Notes: a model not told the origin generated them from the sequence alone. DNA of 64,000 bases from an uncultured Verrucomicrobiae bacterium (GCA_963809845.1 CAWELO010000001.1:461742-525741); one strand, 5' to 3'. Shown: positions 28,158 through 38,799, counted from the stretch's first letter. Numbers and translations are program-made.

Positions 28158-28949
28158 GTGGCCACGAAAGACAATCGAAATCAGGCTCGCGCGCTCATCG
28201 AACAACTGGAATCCCGCCTGCATACCGGGCCGCCCATCGCCGATGCCGAACTGCTGACGGTTTCCGATTTCCTGCGGCGGAAGGAATTCTCCGAGGCCAG
28301 CGATTATCACACGCGGCTCAGGCGCCTGCGGGACCAGGTCACGGTGCGCTCGAAACAATGGGTGCCGCGGCACGGCAAACGGAATTACGGCGGCCAGGCG
28401 GCGGGCGCCTGGATGCAGGTGCAATCAGCCTATGATCACCTCATCCTGTCGGTTTGCTATGCCGGCGAATTCAACACCCGGCGCGGACGGATCAAGATCT
28501 CGCACCGGTTCAACCGCGAAGGCCGCATTGATTTTGTCGAACTGAAGTTCGTCAGCGCGCTGCTCCCCTGTCTCAATGGTGCGTTCCGAAAGCTCCTGAT
28601 GGTGAAGAACTATCAGACGATCAAAAAGGATTGGCGCGTCGCCGAAGCGTTCGTGCTGCCGGTTCTCCCCAAGGAACTGATTTTCCTTTATGAGAATGTT
28701 TTCCGGGCGCCGAGGCATGAACTCCTGGCCTGGTTGATTAATGTCGGGCACGGGATCACCGGGGATTTGCGGCAGAGCTTGCGGCTGGGCGCCCGCCCGG
28801 AGGCCGAGCCGGCGGCGGATCCCTCGAGCCAGTTGCCACTGGGCGCGCTCGTCGAAGACCAGGTGGCGCTGCCCATCCTCACCCAAGCGGCGGACCTGAG
28901 GTCCACCGTCCAATGCCTGGCCCCGGACCAAGCCCTCGTGCGGTACTGA
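28158..28949 (+). CDS. Hypothetical protein
   Basis: 263-aa ORF with coding-like codon bias; no recognised motif. Confidence 0.65.
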   Translation: MATKDNRNQARALIEQLESRLHTGPPIADAELLTVSDFLRRKEFSEASDYHTRLRRLRDQVTVRSKQWVPRHGKRNYGGQAAGAWMQVQSAYDHLILSVCYAGEFNTRRGRIKISHRFNREGRIDFVELKFVSALLPCLNGAFRKLLMVKNYQTIKKDWRVAEAFVLPVLPKELIFLYENVFRAPRHELLAWLINVGHGITGDLRQSLRLGARPEAEPAADPSSQLPLGALVEDQVALPILTQAADLRSTVQCLAPDQALVRY

Positions 28950-29143
28950 CGCGACCTGGAAATCGGCTGCCCTCCGGTTCGCCGGCGTCCCAGCGGGACC
29001 GGTCCTCATCATTCGCTCCGGGTATCCTGCGAAGGGCCCCAAGCCGATGCCACGGGGAGCGAGCCAAGCCCGCCCGTCCCCTGCGGCGATTTCACGCGCA
29101 ACCCCGCGCTTGCCGGTCCCGGTGAAACCGTTATTCTGGGACC

Positions 29144-30229
29144 ATGATGAATCGGGTATTAGTAATGCTCCTCGCCCTCTGGTGCGGGTTCACCTTCCAG
29201 GCGCCCGGCCAGGCGACCGAATCGGAGCGGCAGATCTTCGCGCGAACCAAAGCCAGCGCAGAAAAGGGAAATGCCGAGGCTCAATTGCAACTCGGGGCGC
29301 TCTACGCCGGCGGCGTGGGGGTAAGGAAAGACCTCGAGAAAGCCGCCAAATGGCACCGAAAGGCCGCCGAACAGGGCTTGGCCCGGGCACAATATCAATT
29401 GGGGCTGGATTATTCGGCGGGTGATGGTGTGAAGCTGAGCCTGCCGGAGTCGGTTCGCTGGTATCGCAAGGCCGCCGACCAGGGGTTGGTTCAAGCCCAG
29501 TACGAAATGGGGCTGTGTTGCCTTTTTGGCCGAGGCATTCCCGACGACGGCGTGGGAGCCGTCGAATGGTTCCACAAAGCCGCGCGCCAGGGATCGGCAA
29601 TTGCCGAGTACCAAATCGGCATTTGCTACCTGGAAGGGACCGGCGTGGCCAAAGACATCACCGAGGGCATCAAGTGGATCCAAACCGCCGCCTGGAAAGG
29701 AGTTGCCCCGGCGCAAAACAAGTTCGGCGAATGTTTCGTCAAAGGCCAGGGCGTGCCTAAGGATCTCGTTCAGGCCTACAAATGGTTTGCACTGGCCGCA
29801 GCGCAGGACGATGAGCATGCCCTGGATATCCGCGTCAGCATGGCGAAATTGGAAGCCGAACTCACCCCGGAACAAATCGCCCAGGCCCAAAAATCCGCCA
29901 GCGAGTTCAAGCCCGGACAGCGGCCGGCCCCCAGCCCCTTGGTTACGGACGCCAACCCCTCGACCGGTTCCAACGGAAGCCCTGCGGCGCAAACCGAGTC
30001 AATCAACTCGACCGCCAATACCGGCTATGTGAACGTGCGCGCGGACCAGGATGGTTGCGACATCTTCGTGGACGGCGCTTTCGTCGGGAACTCCCCCGCG
30101 AAGCTCCAACTCGCCGAAGGTTCGCACGTGATCGAGGTCAAAAAGACCGGCTACAAGGATTACCGCCGCGAACTCAAAGTGCTGGCCGGCTCCGATCTGA
30201 CCCTGGCGCCGGGGTTGGAGAAACTTTGA
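29144..30229 (+). CDS. Secreted Sel1-repeat protein with C-terminal PEGA domain
   Basis: Signal peptide, repeated AQxxLG...GxGV...WxxKAAxQG units, C-terminal IFVDGAFVGNSP...GSHVIEVKKTGY. Confidence 0.92.
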   Translation: MMNRVLVMLLALWCGFTFQAPGQATESERQIFARTKASAEKGNAEAQLQLGALYAGGVGVRKDLEKAAKWHRKAAEQGLARAQYQLGLDYSAGDGVKLSLPESVRWYRKAADQGLVQAQYEMGLCCLFGRGIPDDGVGAVEWFHKAARQGSAIAEYQIGICYLEGTGVAKDITEGIKWIQTAAWKGVAPAQNKFGECFVKGQGVPKDLVQAYKWFALAAAQDDEHALDIRVSMAKLEAELTPEQIAQAQKSASEFKPGQRPAPSPLVTDANPSTGSNGSPAAQTESINSTANTGYVNVRADQDGCDIFVDGAFVGNSPAKLQLAEGSHVIEVKKTGYKDYRRELKVLAGSDLTLAPGLEKL

Positions 30230-30288
30230 CAGACTGGCCCCGCATCCGGTTCGGACTCGGCGAAGCCCCATCGCGCCTTGGAAGCTGA

Positions 30289-31827
30289 ATGAATTCGAGG
30301 TCATCGGCTCCTCGCCCATTTCTTTGCTTGCGGAACGCGACGTTTCGGCTGGGCGACCGGCTGGTCTTTGCGGATACCTCCTGGACCTTCCAACGCCACC
30401 AGCACTGGGCTGTCATCGGGCCCAACGGCTCAGGCAAGTCCTGGTTTGCCGACGCGCTCCGGGGACGCCTTCCGCTGGTTCGGGGCGAGTTGCGTTACGG
30501 CTTTCGTCCTGGGGCCGGCCTGGCGCCGGAGGACGCCATTGGCCACGTGGGTTTCGAAGACCGCCAATCCGAGGTGCATGGATCGGTGCTTCAGTCACGC
30601 TGGCAGAGCATCGAAGAGGAAAGCGCGCTACGAGTCGGTGATTATCTTTCCTATGAACGGGTGATGGACATCAACCCCTACGAAGTCAATCCGGCGCATG
30701 ATGGCAACCGGGCACAGTTCGAACCGCGCCGGCGCCACGCGGTTGCCTTGCTGGACCTGGCACCGTTTCTGGACCGAAATCTGTTCTCGCTGTCCCATGG
30801 CGAACGACAACGCGTCCAGTGGGCGCGTGCCCTCTGCCTTCCGTTGCGGCTGCTCATTCTGGACGAACCATTCAACGGGTTGGATGCCGCGGCGCGAGCG
30901 CGCTCCCAGCGTTTGCTCGAACACTTGATGCGCACACCGCTGCGCCTGCTGTTCATCACCGCCCAAGCGGAGGACGTCCCGAGGGGAATCCGCCATGTTC
31001 TCGAAGTGGAGCACTGCCGGGTAGTGCGGGCGGCGCCACGGGCGCGCTTCCCGGTTCCAAATCCGCAGGCCAAGGTGCGGGGGTCCGATTCCCAAGTCCC
31101 CCGCGCCGGGTTGCGCGCCGCCACGGGGAAGGTGCTGGTGGATTTGCGGAACATCACGGTGCGTTACGGGAACGAGGCCATTTTGACGGACGTGGACTGG
31201 ACTGTGCGAGCCGGGGAAAGCTGGGCGCTCCTGGGGCCAAACGGGGCGGGAAAATCGACCCTGCTCAGCTTGATCCTGGGGGATCATCCGCAGGCTTACG
31301 TCAACGACGTGACCGTGTTTGGGCGGCGGCGTGGACATGGGGAATCGATTTGGGAAATCAAGCGGCACATCGGCGCGGTCTCGCCCGAGTTGCATCTGCA
31401 CTTTAACGGCGGCATCACCTGCCTGGACACGGTGGCCTCGGGTTTTCAGGAAACGATCGGCTTGTTCGAGCCGGCCACCCCACGCCGGCGGACGGCCGCC
31501 CGAACCTGGCTCAAACGGTTTGAACTGCTCGGCTGGGCGGAGGCGCCGCTCCTGGCGCTTTCCCTGGGCCAGCAACGCATGGTGCTGCTGGCGCGCGCCC
31601 TGGTCAAACAGCCGCGCCTGCTGATCCTGGACGAACCCTGCCAGGGCCTGGACCTCAGCCATCGCCAACTCGTCCTCGGCGCCATCGAAGGGCTGCTTCG
31701 CGACCGCGTGCTCACGGTCATTTACGTCACCCACCGGCCCGAGGAAATTCCGGCTTCCATTCGGCGGGTACTGCGGCTCGATCGAGGTATAGCCAAACAA
31801 GGCCTCGCTGACAACCGGCGAGCATAA
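30289..31827 (+). CDS. modF: ModF-like ABC protein with two ATPase domains
   Basis: Two Walker A (GPNGSGKS, GPNGAGKS), GESIWEIKRHIG, ILDEPCQGLD. Confidence 0.85.
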   Translation: MNSRSSAPRPFLCLRNATFRLGDRLVFADTSWTFQRHQHWAVIGPNGSGKSWFADALRGRLPLVRGELRYGFRPGAGLAPEDAIGHVGFEDRQSEVHGSVLQSRWQSIEEESALRVGDYLSYERVMDINPYEVNPAHDGNRAQFEPRRRHAVALLDLAPFLDRNLFSLSHGERQRVQWARALCLPLRLLILDEPFNGLDAAARARSQRLLEHLMRTPLRLLFITAQAEDVPRGIRHVLEVEHCRVVRAAPRARFPVPNPQAKVRGSDSQVPRAGLRAATGKVLVDLRNITVRYGNEAILTDVDWTVRAGESWALLGPNGAGKSTLLSLILGDHPQAYVNDVTVFGRRRGHGESIWEIKRHIGAVSPELHLHFNGGITCLDTVASGFQETIGLFEPATPRRRTAARTWLKRFELLGWAEAPLLALSLGQQRMVLLARALVKQPRLLILDEPCQGLDLSHRQLVLGAIEGLLRDRVLTVIYVTHRPEEIPASIRRVLRLDRGIAKQGLADNRRA

Positions 31828-32048
31828 GAACCTGAGGACCCGTGGCGGGCAAGGTTGAGCGAGCCCTTGCTCCAGCGGGGGGTTGGCTCGCGGTCAGCCC
31901 GTCCGCGCGTTTAAACCGTCAAGTCGCCGCCTCGCTCATCGCCGGGCGAGGTTCCACGGCGGCGGTGTTCCACGGCCCCTCGAGAATTTCCCGACGGTGC
32001 TCCGAGTAGCAGCGATCAGGGGAAAACACTTCGAGCGGCATGGTCTCA

Positions 32049-32360
32049 TCATAGCCGCAGGCTTAGAGCGAACGGCTGTAAGTCCGCGAAGGCGAACCCG
32101 CCTCCCACCAGTAAACGAGCCTTGGCTCTGCGCAAAACCTCCATCGCCGCGAAATGGACGACCTGTTCATGGGTCGGAATCCCTTCGGTCCACTGCGATT
32201 GCAGGATGGGAAAGATTTTGCCCACGGTTTGATCGCTGGCTTCCAGCGCCCCCGTCCCGATCGCGTAATAGACCTCGTTATGTTTCCAAACAAAGGGATA
32301 GACACAATAGCAGCCATACAGCGGATTGGTATGGATCTGTTTTGGGGCCAAGACGCTCAT
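32049..32360 (-). pseudogene. Glycoside hydrolase family 43 N-terminal remnant
   Basis: HTNPLYGCYCVYPFVWKHNEVYYAIGTG resembles GH43 NPV...ADPFV...YYAxGT, but the catalytic Asp is lost and the ORF degenerates. Confidence 0.5.
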
Positions 32361-32690
32361 AAAACAGACTCGCCGGGCGCGTGCGGGATGCAAGCGGGGC
32401 GATCCCCTGCCCCGGGATCCGGGCGAGCTTATGGCCGCGCGCGATCGGATGAGGCCCGGCCCCAGATCGGGGGTGCGTTGGGGGTGGCCGGGGGCGGGGG
32501 GGACGGAGAACCTCGTCGATGGCAGACGCCTCCGGCATTTTCCGATTCAGGGGGCCAGGCGCGCCGTCCGTACAACCCCCGAACCAATTCCGTACTCGTT
32601 CACTTTGCCGAACGCGCTTGGAATGGGAAGATAAGGGCGGCACCTTTGATACCAGGAGCCGCGACGGACCGGAATGAAGAATGCAATGAC

Positions 32691-34277
32691 ATGAATTCGA
32701 TCCATGAGGATTTTCTATGCTCAGCGATCTGCCGCGGATGTTCCGACGGGGATGCGCTGGATTTAACGCGGTGGTTTGAAGACCGCCGGGCGGCGCAACG
32801 AATAAAAGTCGAGCGCATTCCGTTCCAGGATATGAAAGGCTGAAGCTTTGAGCCTGCGACCGGGAACCTGGCGCATGAGACGGGGCGCTTTTTCAAGATC
32901 GAGGGCGTGTGGGTGGAGACCAACTACGGGTTCACCCCCAAGTGGTCCCAGCCCATCATTCATCAGCCGGAGATCGGCATCCTCGGCATCCTCGCGCGCC
33001 GCATCAACGGAATCCTGCACTTCCTGATGCAGTTGAAGACCGAACCGGGAAACCTGGGCGGGTTGCAGCTCGCCCCGACGCTGCAAGCGACTCGGAGCAA
33101 TTTTACCTGCGCTCACAAGGGCCGCCAACCGCCCTATCTGGAGTATTTCCTCGACTTTCGCCGGCATCGGGCGCTGGTCGATGTCCTGCAGTCCGAACAA
33201 GGCGCGCGGTTCCTGCGCAAGCGCAACCGCAACGTCATTCTGGAAGTGACGGAAGAGATCCCGGTCCTGGAAGATTTTCGCTGGCTGACCCTGGGTCAGA
33301 TCCAACAGTTGATGCAACAGGATAACGTGGTCAACATGTGCACCCGGACGGTGCTCTCCTGCATTAAATTCAGTGACGGGCCCGGCGGCAGCCACCGAGC
33401 CAATCACGCAGTGCGGCGCATCCTGAACCGGCGGCAGCCGGCCCTTTTCAGCCCGCCCGACCCGGGGAGTTTTCAAATTCGTTTGCTCGCTTCGGAGATG
33501 GCCGGTGAGGAGGCCGTGCTTTCGGATGAGGAAATCCTGGCCTGGTTCACCCGGCTCAAATTTCGCTACGAGTTGAACGTCGAACGCATCCCCTTCAAGT
33601 TCGTGCAGGACTGGGTGCGCACGCCGGACTCGCTCAAACATGCCGAAGGCAAATTCTTCGAGATTATCGGGGTGCGTTTCGAAGCGGCGAGCCGTGAGGT
33701 GGCGGCGTGGTCTCAACCCCTGGTGCGTCAGCGGCAGGAGGGCATTGTGGCGTTCATTGTCAAGGAGTTCAACGGCGTCCTCCATTTCCTGGTTCAAGGC
33801 AAGGTCGAAGTCGGCAACTTCGATGTGGTCGAGATGGCCGCGACCGTTCAATGCGTGACCGGCAGTTACCGCGACGCGTCCAAAAATGAGTGTCCCATCT
33901 TCCTTGATCACGTGCTGGACGCCCGGCCCGAACGGGTGCTGCACGCCTCGAAGCAATCCGAGGAAGGCGGGCGGTTTTTTCAGGAGCAGAACATCACCCT
34001 GGTGGTCGAGGCGGGTGCGGATTTTCCTCAAGAAATTCCCGAGAATTTCGTTTGGATGACGCTCGGACAACTCAAGCATTTCATTCGCTACAACAACTTC
34101 GTCAACGCACAAGCCCGTTGCCTGCTTTCCTGTTTGGCCCTGGGCGCGCAGGAAACCGCCGTTCCCTTCCAGGAAAGCCGGCTGGCCACCGCACGGTGGC
34201 AGAGGCAGCCAGGCGAACCGTTGGAAGCGGGGTTGGTGGGCGCCGCGTCCGGTGCCGCGCCAGTTTTGATAGCATGA
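32691..34277 (+). CDS. NDP-hexose 2,3-dehydratase (EvaA/TylX3-like) with an in-frame TGA at 32841-32843
   Basis: IPFQDMKG*SFEPATGNLAHETGRFF, WSQPIIHQPEIGILG, EPGN, QLAPTLQATRSN, QSEQG, QSEEGGRF; both halves are in the same frame. Confidence 0.88.
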
Positions 34278-35269
34278 GCGTACGGCCGGCCGCGCCAACG
34301 GCGGTGTTCGACGTCTTGGTCCTCGGCTTTTCCAGCATTGTGGCGCGACGCGTGTTGCCGGCCCTGGCAGGCCTGCGTTGCGTCGGGAAAATTCACATCG
34401 CCTCGAGAAGCGCGCTCGGCCGGAACGTTGCCTTCGACGAAAACCGCGTGCGCCTTTGGGCGGATTATCAAGAGGCGCTGGCCCAAACCCGGCCCACGCT
34501 CACCTACATTTCCTTGCCAAATAGCCTGCACGCGCACTGGGTCCGGCAAGCGCTCGAGGCCGGTTCTCATGTGGTGGTCGATAAACCCGCCTGCACCTCG
34601 CTGTCTGACGCCGAGGCATTGGCCGCGCTCGCCGCCCGCCACAGCCTTTGCCTGGCCGAGGCAACCGTCTGGAACTACCACCCGCAATTCACCACCTTCG
34701 CCCAAAGGCGGCTTGAAGGGGACCAACCCGTCACCCGCGTCCATGCGACGTTCTCGTTCCCGCCGTTGCCCCGGGAGAACTTCCGCAATGATGCGCGGCT
34801 GGGCGGGGGCTGCCTCTTCGATCTGGGACCCTACGCCGCCGCGTGCGGCCGTTACTTTTTTGGCGAGCCTCCGCGAGAAGTGCTGGCCCGCGTGACTGCC
34901 CGCCAGGCGGAGGACGGGCTGGAAACCGCCTTCAGCCTCCTCGCCACCTACCCGCGAGGAGGGGCGCTGACCGGTCACTTTGGGTTTGATACCGAATACC
35001 GGAACACCCTCTCCGTCCTGGGGCCTGCCTTTTCCGTCGAGTTCAACCGCGCCTTCACCCTCCCTGCCGACGCGGCGGTGGATTTCTCGTGGCGGAGTCG
35101 AAACCAAAGCAGTCAGGTGGCTTGTGCCGCAGGTGACAGCTTCGCCCTATTTCTCGAATCCGTGATGGACTCGATTGTGAGACGCAATTTTGGGGGCTTT
35201 GCCTCAGCCCTGCTGCAGGACGCCCAATTCATACACCACCTCAGGAAATCTGCTGGAGCTATTACATGA
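34274..35269 (+). CDS. Gfo/Idh/MocA oxidoreductase (NDP-hexose 3-ketoreductase-like)
   Basis: YISLPNSLHAHW, HVVVDKP, LGGGCLFDLGPY; ATGA overlap with the upstream gene. Confidence 0.85.
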   Translation: MSVRPAAPTAVFDVLVLGFSSIVARRVLPALAGLRCVGKIHIASRSALGRNVAFDENRVRLWADYQEALAQTRPTLTYISLPNSLHAHWVRQALEAGSHVVVDKPACTSLSDAEALAALAARHSLCLAEATVWNYHPQFTTFAQRRLEGDQPVTRVHATFSFPPLPRENFRNDARLGGGCLFDLGPYAAACGRYFFGEPPREVLARVTARQAEDGLETAFSLLATYPRGGALTGHFGFDTEYRNTLSVLGPAFSVEFNRAFTLPADAAVDFSWRSRNQSSQVACAAGDSFALFLESVMDSIVRRNFGGFASALLQDAQFIHHLRKSAGAIT

Positions 35270-36381
35270 GTATCAAAGTCTGGGACTATTTGGAGGAGTT
35301 TGAAACCGAGCGCGCCGACATCATGGCCGGCCTGGAAAAGGTCTTCCGCTCCGGCAGATTGATTTTAGGAGAAAGCGTTCGCAGCTTCGAGGCGGCCTTT
35401 TCCTCCTATTGCGGCGTCCGGCACGGCGTGGGCGTGGACAACGCCACCAACGGGCTCTTCCTGGCGCTCAAAGCCCTGGGCATCGGCCCCGGAGATGAAG
35501 TGATCACCGTGCCCAACACCGCCGTCCCGACCGTCGCCGCCATCTGCGCGGCGGGAGCGACACCGCGCTTCGTGGATATCGACCCGGCGACCTATCTGAT
35601 GGATGTCCGCCAACTCGAAGCGGCTCTCACCGCCAAAACCCGCTGCATCATCCCGGTGCACCTGTACGGCCAGTGCGTCAACATGGAGGTGGTGAATGCG
35701 CTCGCCCAAAGCCGCGGGCTCAAGGTGGTGGAGGATTGCTCCCAAGCCCACGGCGCCGGTCGTAACGGCGCCAAAGCGGGGGCGATGTCGGACCTCGCGG
35801 TGTTTTCGTTTTATCCCACCAAACCCTTGGGGGGTTACGGAGACGGCGGCATGGTGATCACCAACGATCCCAAGCTCGAAGCCAAACTGCGGCGCCTGCG
35901 TTTCTATGGCATGGACAGCGCCTATTACGCCGAGGAGGATGGCTACAACTCACGGCTCGACGAACTCCACGCGGAAATCCTGCTCCGCAAGCTCCGGCGG
36001 CTCGATGGGTATATTGCGCGCCGCCGGCAATTGGCCGCGCGCTACGACCAGCGGCTCGCCGGGACTTCATTGGTGCTGCCGAAGGTGGATCCTAACAACT
36101 TCCACGTCTATTACGTCTATGTCGCGTGCCATCCGGATCGCGACCGCCTGCTGGCCGAACTCGCCAAGCATGACATCCATCTCAACGTCAGCTATCCCTG
36201 GCCCATCCACCTGATGCGCGGCTATGCACGCCTGGGATACGAACCGGGCGATTTCCCCTGCGCCGAAAAGGCGGCGCGGGAAATCTTCTCCCTGCCCATG
36301 TACCCGGCGTTGCCGGACCCGGCGCAGGAAGAAACCTGCCAGCGGTTGGAAGAACTCCTCGGCGAGCGCCGCGGAGCTTAG
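35266..36381 (+). CDS. DegT/DnrJ/EryC1/StrS sugar aminotransferase (EvaB/DnrJ-like)
   Basis: VWDYLEEFETERADI, EDCSQAHGA, SFYPTKPLGGYGDGG, GYNSRLDE. Confidence 0.93.
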   Translation: MSIKVWDYLEEFETERADIMAGLEKVFRSGRLILGESVRSFEAAFSSYCGVRHGVGVDNATNGLFLALKALGIGPGDEVITVPNTAVPTVAAICAAGATPRFVDIDPATYLMDVRQLEAALTAKTRCIIPVHLYGQCVNMEVVNALAQSRGLKVVEDCSQAHGAGRNGAKAGAMSDLAVFSFYPTKPLGGYGDGGMVITNDPKLEAKLRRLRFYGMDSAYYAEEDGYNSRLDELHAEILLRKLRRLDGYIARRRQLAARYDQRLAGTSLVLPKVDPNNFHVYYVYVACHPDRDRLLAELAKHDIHLNVSYPWPIHLMRGYARLGYEPGDFPCAEKAAREIFSLPMYPALPDPAQEETCQRLEELLGERRGA

Positions 36382-36392
36382 GGCCCGGTGGG

Positions 36393-36737
36393 TTAGAGAG
36401 CGGTTTTTCCCTGGGCCTTGGCGTTGCGCCAGCGCGCTCGAGCGATCTCAGCTAATCGCGCGCGGCCTGCGGCGCTGATCCGCGCCTTGCGCTTGTTCGG
36501 CTTAACCACCGTTCCCGCCGCGCGTTTGATTTTCGCCCAACGGGCTTTTTGCGCGGCGCTGATCCGGGCCGTGGCGGCGGCGCTCAAGTGGCGCTTGCGT
36601 GCGCTCCCGTTGCCGCCGGATAGGGTCGCGGCGCCCAGGACCTGCTTGAGTTCGGCTTCAAGTTCTTCGATGCGTTTCTGAATGTCGGCCGCCCGCGCGA
36701 GTTTCTCCGCGGATAGGTTGAGGATTGCTGGATGCAT
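36393..36737 (-). CDS. Small basic DNA-binding protein (H-NS/histone-like)
   Basis: N-terminal coiled coil plus two SAA..AR[IL]..A..ARW repeats; K/R/A-rich. Confidence 0.75.
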   Translation of the reverse strand: MHPAILNLSAEKLARAADIQKRIEELEAELKQVLGAATLSGGNGSARKRHLSAAATARISAAQKARWAKIKRAAGTVVKPNKRKARISAAGRARLAEIARARWRNAKAQGKTAL

Positions 36738-36745
36738 ATAAGTTC

Positions 36746-36774
36746 AATTAACGATCACAGATGGTTTGTGTCAA
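36746..36774 (-). promoter_or_regulatory. Putative sigma70 promoter of the basic DNA-binding protein gene
   Basis: Minus strand TTGACA-17 nt-TTAATT, 8 nt before the ATG. Confidence 0.5.
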
Positions 36775-36867
36775 GGGGAGAACCGGCCCACATAGTTCTG
36801 GCCTAGCCACCGGCGCATCTGCCATGTTAGCCCCGCGCGCGAGGCTCACGCCGGGCCAGCCTCCTTT

Positions 36868-38730
36868 ATGAAGCTAGAACTCATCGATTGGCTGATCGTT
36901 TTGCTGACGCTCTTGGTCTGTTTCGTTCCGGCGCTGTTCTTTGGCCGGCGCGCGGCCAAGAATACCTCGGAGTTCTTCGCCTCGGGGCGATCCGTGCCCT
37001 GGTGGCTGGCGGGGTTGTCGATGGTCGCCACGACCTTCAGCAGTGACACGCCCAACCTCGTGACGGACATCGTGCGGCGGCAGGGCGTGGCGGGCAATTG
37101 GCAGTGGTGGGCGTTCACGTTGACGGGCATCGCCACCGTTTTCTTCTACGCCCGGCTTTGGCGGCGATCGCAGGTGATGACCGATCTCGAGTTTTACGAG
37201 ATCCGTTACTCCGGCCGGGCCGCCAGCGTCGTGCGCGGCTTCCGCTCGATCTATCTGGGCCTGTTCTTCAACTGTTTTATCATGGCCACGGTCACGCTGG
37301 CCGCCTGCAAAATTGCCGCGATCCTCTTCGGCCTGGAGCGGTGGCAGACCCTGCTCTTTTGCGGCGTCCTGAACGTCCTGTTTGCCGCGCATTCGGGGCT
37401 CTGGGGGGTCCTGGTGATCGATATGATCCAGTTCTTTGTAAAGATGACCGCCGTCATCGCCGCCGCGTGGTTTGCCGTCAAGCATGTGGGCGGAATGCAT
37501 ACCCTGATAGCCAAGCTCTCGACCCAAACCGGGCCCCACGGGATCCATTACCTGGACATGCTCCCCAGCCTGACGAACAACTGGGACGTCGCGCTGACCA
37601 TCTTCATCATGCCGATTGCCGTTCAGTGGTGGGCCGTTTGGTATCCGGGCGCCGAACCGGGCGGCGGCAGCTATATCGCGCAACGTATGCTGGCTTCCAA
37701 ATCCGAAAAAGATTCGCTGGGGGCGGTTCTGTTCTTCAATGTGGCGCACTACGTGATGCGGCCCTGGCCTTGGATCCTGGTCGCGCTGTGCTCGATACTG
37801 GTTTATCCCGAGCTCTCCGATATCCAGAAGGCCTTTCCGCATCTTGACCCCAAGCTCCTGGGTCATGACATCGCCTACCCGGCCATGCTGAAGTTCCTGC
37901 CGGTGGGCTTCATCGGCCTGATGGTGGGCGGCCTCATCGCCGCTAATTCCTCGACCATTCTTACCCACCTCAACTGGGGCGCCTCCTACCTGGTTCACGA
38001 CTTCTACCGGAGATTCATCAATCGCACGGGCACTGAACGGCACTATGTTTGGATGGGACGCTTGGCCACCGTCGGCCTGTTCCTGTCCGCGGCGGGACTG
38101 ACGTATTTCCTGGATACGGCCAAAGATGCCTTTGACGTCATCCTGCAAATCGGGGCGGGCACCGGTCTGTTGTATTTGCTCCGATGGTTCTGGTGGCGGA
38201 TCAACGCCTGGTGCGAGGTAGCGGCGATGGCCAGCTCGTTTTTGGTGTCAATCCTCTTATTCGTGCTCCACAAGAACGGGGTGAGCACGGCTGTCTTGGG
38301 CGGGGCGTTGAGCCTGGACCTGCCGATCACCATTGTGGTCACGACCCTTTGCTGGGTGGTCACGGCCTTCGCGGGACCGCCGACCGACCGGCAAACGCTC
38401 ATCAACTTCTATCGCAAAGTCAGGCCCTTCGGCCCCGGGTGGGAGTCCATTCGCGTGGAAGCCGGAATTACGCGCGAGGAGGCCCAGGCGACACGTGAGA
38501 ACATCCCGCTGGCGCTGCTCGGCTGGGTGGCCGGATGCGCAGTGGTCTGGTCCGGGCTGTTTGCCGTTGGCAACTTCCTTTATGGGCGCACCGCCGCCGG
38601 GACCGCGCTGCTGGCCGTGTTCGCGGTGGGAAGCCTGGTTCTGCTGAAAGTGATTAGCCGCCTTTGGTCGGCCCCCGGCGAACCGGCGCTGGAGGCCGCG
38701 GCGCAACCGCAACCGCAAGGCCGGGAATGA
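36868..38730 (+). CDS. Sodium:solute symporter family protein
   Basis: EFFASGRSVPWWLAGLSMVATTF, YIAQRMLAS, many TM segments. Confidence 0.93.
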   Translation: MKLELIDWLIVLLTLLVCFVPALFFGRRAAKNTSEFFASGRSVPWWLAGLSMVATTFSSDTPNLVTDIVRRQGVAGNWQWWAFTLTGIATVFFYARLWRRSQVMTDLEFYEIRYSGRAASVVRGFRSIYLGLFFNCFIMATVTLAACKIAAILFGLERWQTLLFCGVLNVLFAAHSGLWGVLVIDMIQFFVKMTAVIAAAWFAVKHVGGMHTLIAKLSTQTGPHGIHYLDMLPSLTNNWDVALTIFIMPIAVQWWAVWYPGAEPGGGSYIAQRMLASKSEKDSLGAVLFFNVAHYVMRPWPWILVALCSILVYPELSDIQKAFPHLDPKLLGHDIAYPAMLKFLPVGFIGLMVGGLIAANSSTILTHLNWGASYLVHDFYRRFINRTGTERHYVWMGRLATVGLFLSAAGLTYFLDTAKDAFDVILQIGAGTGLLYLLRWFWWRINAWCEVAAMASSFLVSILLFVLHKNGVSTAVLGGALSLDLPITIVVTTLCWVVTAFAGPPTDRQTLINFYRKVRPFGPGWESIRVEAGITREEAQATRENIPLALLGWVAGCAVVWSGLFAVGNFLYGRTAAGTALLAVFAVGSLVLLKVISRLWSAPGEPALEAAAQPQPQGRE

Positions 38731-38799
38731 ACGCCCGGAAGGACTAATCCAGTTTTTCTCCCTCCCTCCACTCCTGCCGCGATGCCGGCCGCAACACCG

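Noticed and set aside
32841-32843. Selenocysteine or alternative genetic code at the in-frame TGA
   Set aside because: The position corresponds to Trp rather than Cys, and TGA ends many genes in the window normally.
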